Notes under the pieces: model-generated
Database searches by the model: none
What the model was told of the DNA's origin: nothing
Seen by the model: only the letters and a program-made list of their open reading frames with translations
Origin: Acidobacteriota bacterium
Lineage (GTDB): Bacteria; Acidobacteriota; UBA6911
NCBI GenBank assembly: GCA_963664705.1
Contig: OY761556.1
Coordinates: 4,704,001-4,768,000, forward strand
DNA length: 64,000 bases
Direction: 5' to 3'
Position numbers and translations under genes: made by a program
In this document: piece by piece, positions 42,575 to 53,073 of the stretch
Position numbering within the stretch: the stretch's first letter is position 1
How the letters are laid out: each line of letters begins with the position of its first letter

Positions 42575-43673
42575 TGCGCAGACCTCCATCGAACCAGTCC
42601 CACATCAGATAGAAGATAACCTGAGTTGGCCTGGGCCCAAAATCATTAACCGGAAGCTTCACGCCAATGCTTGCCCGAATGTGTTGGCGCCGGCTCAGCG
42701 TTACCTGAAACTGCGGCACGATGTCCCAGTTGGTTCGCTCTCCTGATGCGATCTCACGATCAGCCAGCAATTCAACCATTGGAGACCACAATCGTCCAAG
42801 TCCTTTATCAGGCGCAAAGCTCCTCCCGACAACAGTCCTCCAGTACACAGCTCGATTTGCCTTTTTCGTATCGACCGGAGACTCAATCCCGGTTTGAAAT
42901 TGCAGAAATGCACTCCCGGGCAGCACCTGACCGTAGCTGGCAAAACCTTCCAACACGTTAACTCCCTTGCCCATCCCCCGTTCTGCATTTCCCGTGGCAA
43001 AAATAGCTTCTCCGGACAGGCTTAATATGGATCCTGTGCGCAGGCTGCTCAACAATACGTGCTTGTAGCCGGCAACAATGTCTCCTATGCCGCTCTGCCA
43101 GTCGTTTCCGCCTGGCTTCTGAAACTGGAAAGGTACGACAACATCCAGTTGCCCACGAGGCCCCAAACGTCTCTCATACACAACCCTGCTGCCGATGGCT
43201 GCATCCCCTTCGGTATCAAAGGTCGCATCCAACACCATTTCATCCTCGGGAAATGCCTTTTCTGTCACCAGTGCCCGGGGAAAATTCAGGTCGCCGCGCG
43301 GCCATGCCGGCTCAGTGCAGAATTTTCGGACATATTCCATGACGCGTGTGATTTCGTCATCCGTCAGCAGTTCACGGAAGGATGGCATGATTTCCGAAAA
43401 CCCCCTGTCCCTTCCGCCGTTATGCAGAATGGCGTTCCAGAAAACATCCGGCTCGCGTGCCGTGGCTCTGCATGTTGTGAAATCCGGAAAGGTTGATGGC
43501 TTCTCAAAACCACGCAACCTGTCCTTGGTGCCTCGCCCGTCGGCAGCATGGCATGCTGTGCATGCGGACCGGTAGATATCCCGACCGCTGGCCTTCGCAT
43601 CGGCCTTGCTCAGTCTCTGAATGAATCCAGTCATCAGGAAAAAGCAAAATATTAAAAATGCGCAGCGTTTCAC
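42564..43673 (-). CDS. Monoheme cytochrome c fused to a probable outer-membrane beta-barrel
   Basis: Signal peptide; CTACH..MP class I cyt c; C-terminal amphipathic beta strands (GIGDIVAGYKH) ending in W. Confidence 0.75.
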   Translation of the reverse strand: MKRCAFLIFCFFLMTGFIQRLSKADAKASGRDIYRSACTACHAADGRGTKDRLRGFEKPSTFPDFTTCRATAREPDVFWNAILHNGGRDRGFSEIMPSFRELLTDDEITRVMEYVRKFCTEPAWPRGDLNFPRALVTEKAFPEDEMVLDATFDTEGDAAIGSRVVYERRLGPRGQLDVVVPFQFQKPGGNDWQSGIGDIVAGYKHVLLSSLRTGSILSLSGEAIFATGNAERGMGKGVNVLEGFASYGQVLPGSAFLQFQTGIESPVDTKKANRAVYWRTVVGRSFAPDKGLGRLWSPMVELLADREIASGERTNWDIVPQFQVTLSRRQHIRASIGVKLPVNDFGPRPTQVIFYLMWDWFDGGLRNGW

Positions 43674-44021
43674 GATTGAATTTCCTCCGGCGTTTTTTCA
43701 GATTTCAACCATCCACTTCTGCATCCCGAACAAACAGGTTCCAACAATCCACTGCCGGTACATGCTTCGAGCCGCAATTTTGAAAATGGTGAACAACGGA
43801 TGCAACCGCCAAATTCCACAAAGGGGGGCAGGAGTAAAGATTAGTAAATACCAACAACCATACCCAAAATCAAGACAACTCATTGGTTCCACAGCAAGTT
43901 GCGCGCGAACAAAACAGAATATTGCAGGACCGGCGCGAAGCCAAGGCGGATACCTTCCATGATGAAATATCCAGGGGCTGGAATTCACACGCTTCTCATA
44001 TAAAATTTATCTAGAGGGTGT

Positions 44022-45332
44022 ATGGATTATTTTGCCCAATCTGCCGCCGTAAGAAATGAACGATCCCTCGCTGCGTCCATTCTCGAACAGGCTCGGATCC
44101 TTTCCCTGCTATATGACATCGGTAAAGAGCTGACCTCCATACTCGATCGCGACACCCTGTTGCGAAGAATCGGTCAGCGCGTAAAGTCCCTCGTGGATTA
44201 CGATCTGTTCAATGTGATGATTCTCAATCCTGATACGAACAGGCTTGAACATGCCCTTTCGCTGAAATATGACGAAAGAGTCGACGTGCAGCAGACTCTT
44301 GCTCTCGGCGAGGGGCTTTGCGGCACAGCAGTGCTTGATAGAAAATCCATCCGCGTCAACGACGTATCAGCCGATCCACGCTATGTGTTGTGCGAGATTG
44401 GCATCGGAGTGAAATCTGAACTGGTCGTCCCGCTCATCGTTCAGGATCGCGTCCTCGGTGTAATGGACTTGGAGAATCTTGAACCTGATTCCTTCTCGGA
44501 AGCACACGAACAGATGCTTACGATGCTGGCATCCATCGTTGCAATTGCTTTGGAAAATGCCGGTCTCTACGAGGAGCTGCGTAGAGTTGAACAGCATAGG
44601 AAAGATGATTTAAGACGGGCTCGGGAGGTCCAGGAACTACTGCTGCCGAAGGATACGCCTCAGATTCAGGGACTGGACCTTGATGTAGTTTATCTTCCGG
44701 CCCAGGAATTGGGCGGCGATTTCTATGATTTTCTGCCCTATGGCGATGGCTGCCTGGCCATCGCGGTTGGCGATGTCTCCGGGAAAGGGCCGGCAGCTGC
44801 ACTGCTGGCTTCCCTTGGCATCGGCATATTGCGCGAACACGCCATGCACCAGCCCACAAGCCCGGCTGAATTGCTCCTGGATCTTAACGGCCACCTCCTT
44901 GTCCCCGGCGGAAGCGGGCAATTCATTGCAATGACCTTCGGCGTTTACAACCCGCGGACTCGGGAATTATCTCTCGCAAATGCCGGGTTCCCTCCGCCTC
45001 TGCTTATCAGCAACGGTCAGGTTCGAGTGCTGGAGCTGTTCGGAACACCGTTGGGTTTGCTTCCGGATTCCTCCTACGATCACATCCGCCTTCGCCTCGA
45101 GCCCGGAGACGCCGTGGTCTTTTGCTCGGACGGCTTGATAGAGCAGACAAATGCGGAGGAGGAGCAATATGGAACCGAGCGTCTGGTTTCAAAGCTCGTG
45201 GAATCGACTCATTGCATGACGGCCGGGCAACTCGCCGCCAGCATTGTAAACTCGGTCAACCGGCATGCCGGCGACAATCCAAACGCCGGCTACCGGGACG
45301 ACTGCACGATCGTCGTGCTGCGGGTTGTATAG
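44022..45332 (+). CDS. GAF + PP2C (SpoIIE/RsbU-like) phosphatase
   Basis: LGGDFYD, GDVSGKG, SDGL and DDCT motifs. Confidence 0.93.
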   Translation: MDYFAQSAAVRNERSLAASILEQARILSLLYDIGKELTSILDRDTLLRRIGQRVKSLVDYDLFNVMILNPDTNRLEHALSLKYDERVDVQQTLALGEGLCGTAVLDRKSIRVNDVSADPRYVLCEIGIGVKSELVVPLIVQDRVLGVMDLENLEPDSFSEAHEQMLTMLASIVAIALENAGLYEELRRVEQHRKDDLRRAREVQELLLPKDTPQIQGLDLDVVYLPAQELGGDFYDFLPYGDGCLAIAVGDVSGKGPAAALLASLGIGILREHAMHQPTSPAELLLDLNGHLLVPGGSGQFIAMTFGVYNPRTRELSLANAGFPPPLLISNGQVRVLELFGTPLGLLPDSSYDHIRLRLEPGDAVVFCSDGLIEQTNAEEEQYGTERLVSKLVESTHCMTAGQLAASIVNSVNRHAGDNPNAGYRDDCTIVVLRVV

Positions 45333-45666
45333 AAAAACCGCCCCGGCTGTTTTCGGAAGAAGATATCGACGCCTCTCTGTTTGGAAGCCATTCCGCAAAG
45401 ATAAAATAGACGCAGTCTTTGACATCAACTAATTCGAATCCTATCACAATGAAACAGGAAGCAAGGATTCGCTGAGCCGCAATCAGCAATCCAATTGACG
45501 GCGATTAGGATAGGATGTCTGACAATTTGTGCCGGGAATAGCAATTCCGGCGAAATTCCCCCTTGGTTGTCAGGCAAAGCAATCCCTTCTACGGCCAGCA
45601 CCGGCAATGGGATGCCTTGGTATTTGTGATCTGTCTTCGTATTGATTATTGCCAAGGAGGTACGGG

Positions 45667-46059
45667 ATGAAAATAAAGCTACTGATGCTTGTTTGTGCGT
45701 TTACCCTGTTTGGAACAAGTCTCACATGGCCGCAGGATAAGTTTCTGCGCGTGGAAGTGCCGTTCCCATTTACCGTCGGAGAAAAAGAGCTTCCGGCCGG
45801 GCGATATGATTTTGCGCGTCAGGCCTTGAACAGTGCAATCCTGGTTACGAGCGTAACGGGCGGACCTTCCGCAAACTGCGTAATTAAAGCCAGGGTTTGG
45901 CAGGGAATCCACACAACCCCAAAAGACTCGCATCTGGTTTTCGATCAGGAAGGAGAAAAATATATTTTCTCCGAGCTGTGGATACCCGGATCCGACGGTT
46001 ATCTGTTCAACATTGCCGCCAAAGGAGAACGCAAGTACAAGATCATTTCCGTTCCCTAG
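45667..46059 (+). CDS. Secreted hypothetical protein
   Basis: AAGGAGG RBS; signal peptide; VPFPFTVG..LPAGRY motif. Confidence 0.78.
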   Translation: MKIKLLMLVCAFTLFGTSLTWPQDKFLRVEVPFPFTVGEKELPAGRYDFARQALNSAILVTSVTGGPSANCVIKARVWQGIHTTPKDSHLVFDQEGEKYIFSELWIPGSDGYLFNIAAKGERKYKIISVP

Positions 46060-46199
46060 CCTTGCATCATCGTTTCGAGCATTCCCTTCTTCCCGGGTCC
46101 CGCCGCTTATGGTGCTTCAACCATTAGCAGCCCCGGGACGCCATGGAAGCGGCCAGGATCTTGCCGGCGAGACGACCAATGCCATTTATTTGCAATTCC

Positions 46200-46340
46200 C
46201 GTTCTTTCGCCCTTCCGGCGCTTAGTAAAGATAGAACAAAGTTCCAGCGCCGGAGGCGCGAAAGATGGTAGTCAGGGGTGAGCGGAGCGAACCCCTGGTA
46301 GAATAGTGAAAAATGTGAGCCCTGAAGGGGCGAGAGAACG
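46200..46340. repeat. REP-like palindromic element
   Basis: Nested inverted repeats; GTAG..caggggtgagcggagcgaacccctg unit shared with 52670-52869. Confidence 0.65.
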
Positions 46341-46450
46341 GCAATTGCAAAAGAGTGAATGGCATTAGGCGAAACACAGGCGGTCCGGTGGGCACCTCCT
46401 ATCGCGACGGCCCGAGCCATGGCGTATGATTAGTCCTGGAGCAATCAGGA

Positions 46451-47875
46451 ATGCCTCAAACAGTTCTCATCGTCGATGACAATCTGGAGTTCAGTCTCGT
46501 TACCCAAACCCTTGTAGAGGTGGAGGGATTTACCGCCTGCCTGGCCGCAACCGGGGTTGAAGCCTTGAGTTGTTGCCGTGAACGCTCCGTTGATGTTGTG
46601 CTTCTTGACTGGATGCTGGGAAACGCCTCCGGTCTCCACGTGCTGCGCGAGATCGTCAGAACCTATCCTGACCTGCCGGTTATGGTGATCACCGGGCATG
46701 GATCGCTCGAATCGGCGGCAGAGGCTTTGCGCGAAGGGGCCTTTGACTATATTGGTAAACCATTCCCGGCATCAGATCTGATCAGCAGTATCCGCAGGGC
46801 GCTTGAATGGCGCTCGCAGCTGAAGGAGCACGTGGACGAGCCTCTGCCGAAATCCAGAGGCCTGACTGCAATCATTGGCAAGAGCCCTGCCATGATTGCG
46901 GTCTACAGGACGATTGCCAAAGTCGCCCCCACGGATTCAACGGTGCTGATTGCCGGGGAAAGCGGCACCGGAAAGGAACTGGTGGCACGCGCTCTTCACG
47001 ACAATTCCCGGCGAGCAAAACACCCTTTCATTGCAGTCAATTGCGGCGCCCTGTCCGAAACGCTTCTGGAATCCGAGCTGTTTGGCCATGCACGGGGCTC
47101 CTTTACAGGAGCCCAGGCGAGCCATCGCGGCATGTTTGAAAATGCAAATGGCGGCACTCTGTTCCTGGATGAGATTTCCGAAACCTCTTCTGCCTTTCAG
47201 GTAAAACTGCTTCGCGTGCTGCAGGAACGCGAAATCCGTCCGGTTGGATCAAGCGAAACACGCCGCATTGACGTTCGAGTTGTTGCGGCCACCAATCGGC
47301 GCATCCCCGATTTGCTCAGCTCCGGGATTATTCGAAGCGATCTGCTCTACCGTTTGAGCGTCATCAATATGGAGTTGCCTCCACTTCGTGAACGTCGCGA
47401 AGACATCCCGCTGCTGATCGATGCCTTCCTGCATCGAGCCAATACCCGCCTCGGCCGCAAGGTGGCGGCGACCGATGAAACAATTGCATGGCTGAGCTTA
47501 CTTGACTGGCCCGGCAATGTCAGAGAGCTGGAAAACGCGATAGAACGCGCGGTCACGCTCAATGCCGTGGGGCGCCTGTCCCCCGAAGATTTCGGTCCGC
47601 TGGGCCAGGCAACCGCTCGGCTCTCCGTTCAACAGGAACCAGCTATGGCCTTTGTCTCCGGGGACAGCTGGCTCTGCAAGCTGCCGCTGACTTTGGACGA
47701 AGTTGAACGGGAGCACATTCTGGCAACGCTCCGATATACCAAAGGCAACAAATTGAGAGCTGCAGACCTGCTTGGAATCGGGCGCTACTCGCTGTATCGC
47801 AAGGCCAGGCGCCTGGGGATTGATTTGGATGGACCGCATCTGCTGCCTTCAAGCTCAAAAGCCAACACCGGGTGA
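46451..47875 (+). CDS. Sigma54-dependent response regulator (NtrC/AtoC family)
   Basis: REC domain, GESGTGKE, GSFTGA, WPGNVRELEN, Fis-type HTH. Confidence 0.95.
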   Translation: MPQTVLIVDDNLEFSLVTQTLVEVEGFTACLAATGVEALSCCRERSVDVVLLDWMLGNASGLHVLREIVRTYPDLPVMVITGHGSLESAAEALREGAFDYIGKPFPASDLISSIRRALEWRSQLKEHVDEPLPKSRGLTAIIGKSPAMIAVYRTIAKVAPTDSTVLIAGESGTGKELVARALHDNSRRAKHPFIAVNCGALSETLLESELFGHARGSFTGAQASHRGMFENANGGTLFLDEISETSSAFQVKLLRVLQEREIRPVGSSETRRIDVRVVAATNRRIPDLLSSGIIRSDLLYRLSVINMELPPLRERREDIPLLIDAFLHRANTRLGRKVAATDETIAWLSLLDWPGNVRELENAIERAVTLNAVGRLSPEDFGPLGQATARLSVQQEPAMAFVSGDSWLCKLPLTLDEVEREHILATLRYTKGNKLRAADLLGIGRYSLYRKARRLGIDLDGPHLLPSSSKANTG

Positions 47876-47881
47876 GAATGG

Positions 47882-48646
47882 ATGAGTTTCTCAATTCGTA
47901 AATGCGCCGGCATCCTCCTGGCAATCTGCGCGCTGGTCTTTTCGACGGATGTTCCAAGTGCTGTTGCGCCCTTGACTCAGAACAGTATCCATTGCCTGGT
48001 GCACGGACAAATTGCGATCATCAATCCGAAAATCAAACTTCGTAACGGAAAAGCTGACTGCAGCGGAATAGCGGTCTGGCTGGACCCACTGAAGGAAACG
48101 CCGAAGACGGAGCCTCCCCGTCTATCCAAAAGAACGCTGGAGCAACGGGGTAAACGCTTCATCCCGCATATCATGGTGATTCAGGTTGGAACAGAGGTCG
48201 ATTTCCCGAACCGGGATCCCTTTTTCCACAATGTCTTCTCGGTTTATGACGGCAAACCATTCGACCTGGGGCTTTATGCAAACGGGGAGTCCCGGCCGGT
48301 GCGTTTTAACCGCCCCGGCATTTCGCACATCTTCTGCAACATTCATCCGCAGATGAGCGCCGTTATTGTAGCCGTTCAGACCCCATACTTTGCTGTGAGT
48401 GCTCCTGATGGAAGCTATTCCATTGAGGACGTTCCCGCAGGAACCTATCGATTGCGCCTTTGGCACGAACGCAGCGATGAGCAACAGCTGGCGGCCGAAA
48501 GCCGCTTTGTAACAATCGAATCCGCGGTTGCCAACCTGGGCTTAAGTCGGCTGGATGAAGCCGGATACATACCTGCGGCGCATAAGGATAAGAATGGCCA
48601 GGATTATGCTGACGAGAGTCACCTGCCTGCCTATCGAAAGCCATGA
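47882..48646 (+). CDS. Secreted cupredoxin-like (MauL-type) protein with carboxypeptidase-regulatory-like domain
   Basis: FPNRDPFFHNVFS and FCNIHPQM (His/Cys/His/Met) motifs. Confidence 0.82.
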   Translation: MSFSIRKCAGILLAICALVFSTDVPSAVAPLTQNSIHCLVHGQIAIINPKIKLRNGKADCSGIAVWLDPLKETPKTEPPRLSKRTLEQRGKRFIPHIMVIQVGTEVDFPNRDPFFHNVFSVYDGKPFDLGLYANGESRPVRFNRPGISHIFCNIHPQMSAVIVAVQTPYFAVSAPDGSYSIEDVPAGTYRLRLWHERSDEQQLAAESRFVTIESAVANLGLSRLDEAGYIPAAHKDKNGQDYADESHLPAYRKP

Positions 48647-48692
48647 TTGCGTGCCTATGCAATAGCTGAGGCTCATCGCAAACCAGGATGAT

Positions 48693-50497
48693 ATGGCAGA
48701 TACCCTCTATGGCAGTAAATGGTCCCCTTCGCTCAGAGATAAGCTTTTCATGAGCTTCTCTATACTCTCCGTTCTTATCCTGATCGCTGCGGCATGGGTG
48801 ATCGCCACCCAGGTCGTAACCCAGGGGCGTCAGGAAGTGCGGGATGAGATGAAAGCATCGGTTCCCATATATAATGCCGTCTGGGAAGAGCAGGCGGGCC
48901 GACTCTCCGCACTGGGGATGGCTATGGCCGGCTCTCCGATCATCAAAACCATTCTGGGAAATCCGCGCGCCTCACGCGACAAAGGAACCGTGCGCCAGAT
49001 GCTGTCCGAGTTCGGGCAGCAATTATCAGAAAACGCCGACCTGATCATGATAAGCGATGGCGGCGGCAGTGTCACATTTGTGGAAAGCAACGATCCCGGC
49101 CTGCTGCAACTAAAAGAACTGCCCGATGCCCGAGCTGTTGCCGAGACGCAAAGGCCGGGCCAGTCCTTTTCAATCCTTGGAAACAAGCTGTTCCATCTGG
49201 TGTTAACACCCGTCCTTTCACATTCGCAGAATAGGGATTTCGACAATACGCTGGCGGTCCTGATTGCAGGCTCTGAGCTGAATCATGTCATGGCATCGGA
49301 ACTGCAAAAGAGAGCACACAGCGATGTTCTCTTTTTTTCCGGAGAACGTCTTTATGCCTCTTCTCTTCACCCGGCGATTGAAACAATCCTGGCCGGGACT
49401 CCTTCGCTTCGCGCCGTTGGCAGTCTTCCCCTGGATCAGCCGACAGACATAGAGATTGCCGGAGACAACCGACTCGCTTTTGTGCGGGCTCTGACCGGTT
49501 TTGACGGACATCCGGTCGGATATGTTGTTATCCTGCATGCTCTCGGCGGCGCCGGCAAGCTCCTGCACGCCGTTTCCACAAAGCTTGTGATCATTGGCAC
49601 CCTCAGTCTCATTCTTGTTTTAGCTATCAGCTATTTCATCGCCAGGCATATTACCCGACCCATCGAATCGCTTGCCGCCGGTGCTCGAGAGCTGGGGCGC
49701 GGCAATTATGATCATAAACTGGATCTCTCGACGGACGGAGAGGTGGGACAGCTTGCCTCAGCTTTGATCAGATGCGGCAGTCTATCAAAGAAGGCCAGAC
49801 GGTGCTGCTGAAGAGCGAACGCCTGGCGACCGTTGGACAAATGGCCAGCGGCATCATTCACGATCTTCGCAGCCCTCTCGCGGCCATTTCAAATGCGGCT
49901 GAACTGATTGCCAGGGAGGAATTATCCTCATCTCAGCGGCAGATCCTGGCCGAGAGCCAGTTGGGTGCTTCGAAGCGCATGGAGACAATGCTGGGAGAGA
50001 TCCTCGAATACTCGCGCGGCGATTATCGACTGACTCGTTCACGGCATCAGCTCATTTCTCTGATCGATTCAGCGCTCCAGGAATGTGTCAATCCCAGCCG
50101 CGCTCCACTGGTGACGGTAATATCGGAGATTTCGCCGGAGCTGTTTGTTCAGGTCGACTATGAGCGGGCGCGAAGGATTTTTGAAAATCTGCTGGGGAAT
50201 TCAGTTCAGGCCATGCCCCAGGGCGGAACGATCACCATCAAAGCCCAAAAAGCCGGAAACAGAGTGCAGATCCTCATTGCCGACACAGGATCAGGCATAC
50301 CGGCGCAGCTACGGAATAGGTTGTTTGAACCGTATGTAAGCCAGGGCAAACAGGGGGGTACAGGACTTGGACTGGCAATTGCTAGGAGTATTGCGGTAGC
50401 GCATGGCGGTTCACTCACGCTGGTTTCCTCCGATGACCAGCCGGCTGAGTTTTGCCTCGAGTTGCCACTCGAATCCGGTGAAGGCAATGGCAAGTAG
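48693..50497 (+). pseudogene. HAMP sensor histidine kinase split by a 1-nt frameshift near 49763
   Basis: Sensor and HAMP are in one frame, HisKA (HDLRSPL) and HATPase in another. Adding one T to gctttgat restores AFDQMRQ. Confidence 0.75.
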
Positions 50498-50879
50498 CGT
50501 TCTTCTTGTTGAGGACGATCCCAATTTCAGCGCCGTACTCGCCCTGGCGCTGGAACTTCAGGGTTACCTTGTACACAAGGTTTCAGGCGGGAGCCAGGCG
50601 ATGGAGTTCCTGAGCCGGGCGCGGCCGGATATCATCGTCTCCGATCTGGAAATGCGCGGAATCGACGGACGCGCATTGTGCAAATATATCCGCCGAATTT
50701 CTGCGAATATTCCATTTGTAATCCTCTCGGCCTTTATAGATCCCAACAGTCCGGGCGATTTGGATGACCTGCCTGCGGACCGATGCCTGAGCAAGCAGGT
50801 CCCCGTGTCCGAGTTGGTTCAAATCGTCAGGGAATTGCTGAACGGTTCTAACGGAGAGCTTCCGCCAGAAGATAACTGA
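50487..50879 (+). CDS. Single-domain response regulator
   Basis: VLLVEDD..SDLEMRGIDG receiver motifs. Confidence 0.88.
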   Translation: MASSVLLVEDDPNFSAVLALALELQGYLVHKVSGGSQAMEFLSRARPDIIVSDLEMRGIDGRALCKYIRRISANIPFVILSAFIDPNSPGDLDDLPADRCLSKQVPVSELVQIVRELLNGSNGELPPEDN

Positions 50880-50900
50880 CGGCATGGAAGGAGTGGAGCT

Positions 50901-52466
50901 ATGAAACTGTGCCATGGTCTTGTGGTGGCCTTGTTCTGTCTTCTGGTCAATGGTGCAAAAAGCAGTCTGATCTACGGCCAGGAGGTCCCTCCAAACTCTG
51001 AAATACTGGACCTCATAAGAAAGACCCAGGATTTGGCCGCACAATCGCAAGCTGAACTAAAACGCTCCCGCGAACAAAATGAACGGCTTCAGCAACTGCT
51101 GGAGCAGACAAACCAGGAATTGGTCCGCCTCCGTGAAGAGGTGAATCTATTGCGCTCCAATGCGACAACCCATCTGCCTTCACCCTATCAACTCTCCGCG
51201 AGGGCCACTGCTGCAGAACAGGCTCAGGAAAAATCAGACAATGCTGAACACGCTGATCCGGAGAAAAACCTGCGCACCCGTCTGATGCGGCTTGAGGACC
51301 AGGTCGGGCTCAATACCGCACAACTAACAGAACAGGCTCAGACAAAGGTTGAGAGCGAGTCGCGTTTCAAAGTGCGTTTGTTTGGCACGGTTCTAGACAA
51401 TACCTACTTCAACACAGCAGACACCTCCGATAGCGCTGTGCCCGCATCTGCGCCATCGCCATACGAAGCAGCCGGCCACAACCTGGGCGCCACTTTGCGT
51501 CAGACACAATTTGGCTTTTCCATGACAGGTCCGAAACTCGGCGCTGCCCGCCTGAGCGCAGATATCGACTTTGATTTCTTCGGAGGTACTTCCACAAGCT
51601 ATTCAGCAAATGTATTGGGAGCACTTCGGATGCGCACCGCTTCCGTTCGACTTGACGGACAGCGAACCTCACTGGCTCTTGGGCTCATGGCGCCATTGAT
51701 TTCCAGCCTGAACCCCACTTCCTTTGCGGCGGTCTACTACCCATCGATGGGCGAGTCCGGCAACCTCTGGCAATGGATACCCCAAATGACTGTGGAGCAC
51801 CGCATTCCTGCCGGAGAAGATCGCGATCTCATTCTTCAGGGCGGCTTGATAATGCCGTTTGGTGAGAATATCCACGGCACGACACTCAGAGGCGGCCCGG
51901 GCTATGAAACACGCCTGGCATTTTCCCGGGAAGCGGATCCGGACATGCCCTTGGAAATTGGCGTGGGAGGCTATTTTCAACCCCGCCGGCTTGGGCCGCT
52001 TCATACCGCCAATTCCTACGCCGTTACGAGCGATTGGCAGATCCCGCTGACTCGGCATATGGAGTGGAGCGGAGAGGCTTTTTATGGTCAGGGCATCAGC
52101 TTGAGCGAACAGAGCGGGACAGATATTGCCAATGCGTTTTCGTATTACGGGTCATTGAGTGATGCTTTGACCAGGGTGCGCGGCGTTCGCTCTACAGGTG
52201 GCTGGACCCAATTGAGTATTCGACCCAATGCCAAACTTGAGTTCAACACAGCCTTTGGCCTGGAAGATCCCTGGAATAGAGATATCTTTGGCGGACTCTA
52301 TCAATATGATGTGCGGCTGAAAAACGAGACTTTTTCCATAAATTCCATCTATCGATTCCGTTCCAATTTTCTAGTCTCTGCAGAGTATCGACGGTTGTGG
52401 ACCCTGTACGCCACTGCTCAAACCACAAATAATCATTTTAATCTTGCGGTCGGATATCTCTTCTAA
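50901..52466 (+). CDS. Outer-membrane porin-like protein with N-terminal coiled coil (DcaP-like)
   Basis: Signal peptide, coiled coil, beta strands, C-terminal YLF. Confidence 0.72.
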   Translation: MKLCHGLVVALFCLLVNGAKSSLIYGQEVPPNSEILDLIRKTQDLAAQSQAELKRSREQNERLQQLLEQTNQELVRLREEVNLLRSNATTHLPSPYQLSARATAAEQAQEKSDNAEHADPEKNLRTRLMRLEDQVGLNTAQLTEQAQTKVESESRFKVRLFGTVLDNTYFNTADTSDSAVPASAPSPYEAAGHNLGATLRQTQFGFSMTGPKLGAARLSADIDFDFFGGTSTSYSANVLGALRMRTASVRLDGQRTSLALGLMAPLISSLNPTSFAAVYYPSMGESGNLWQWIPQMTVEHRIPAGEDRDLILQGGLIMPFGENIHGTTLRGGPGYETRLAFSREADPDMPLEIGVGGYFQPRRLGPLHTANSYAVTSDWQIPLTRHMEWSGEAFYGQGISLSEQSGTDIANAFSYYGSLSDALTRVRGVRSTGGWTQLSIRPNAKLEFNTAFGLEDPWNRDIFGGLYQYDVRLKNETFSINSIYRFRSNFLVSAEYRRLWTLYATAQTTNNHFNLAVGYLF

Positions 52467-52669
52467 AGGCTGGCTCGTGAAGCCCTCCTTTCCAACGCAG
52501 GGATTGCCACTATTTGAGACAGCGTTCGCCGGAGTGAATCAAAAAGAGACACCCTGGAAGCACCTCCGTCCCGCCTAATGCCCCATGCTATTTACCCAAG
52601 AAACCTGGTTGAGCGATGCCTATCGGCCCCAGCATTTGCCCAAGGAAGCCGGAGGCACCATGCTTCCCA

Positions 52670-52869
52670 GCCCTAGGGGGGGCGGCCAGAACGTAGCCGG
52701 GGGTGAGCGCTTTTTGCGAACCCCCGGATTGGATTAGTCATGTAACAAGCCCTGACGGGGCGGCAGAATGCTGACTTTCGCCCCTAGCCGGGGCTCTCTC
52801 TCCCGCTTATCGCTACCGGGGGTTCGCTGCGCTTCACCCCCGGCTGCGATCTTTCGGCCCTCCGGGCCT
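52670..52869. repeat. Inverted REP doublet (REPIN-like)
   Basis: gtagccgggggtgagcg..cgaacccccgg and its inverted copy ccgggggttcg..cacccccggctgc. Confidence 0.7.
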
Positions 52870-53073
52870 GGTGTTTCACTCGCGTCGCAGAGCATAGAAA
52901 AATTGGCATGTGGCATCAGGCATCTCGCCGGCAAGGGGCGTGGCTACTTGCATAGCGCTGATGCCGCCGGGACGGCGGTGTTCCCAGTGGAATGGGAATT
53001 GCAGAAACAGTCGTTGCAATGGTGAGGAACCAAGGCAGTTGTAAATCTGAGCCTTTTGAAATTGGAGGTAGAT

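Noticed and set aside
52900-52955. Possible sigma54 -24/-12 promoter before the blue-copper gene
   Set aside because: The GG to GC spacing does not match the required 10 nt.
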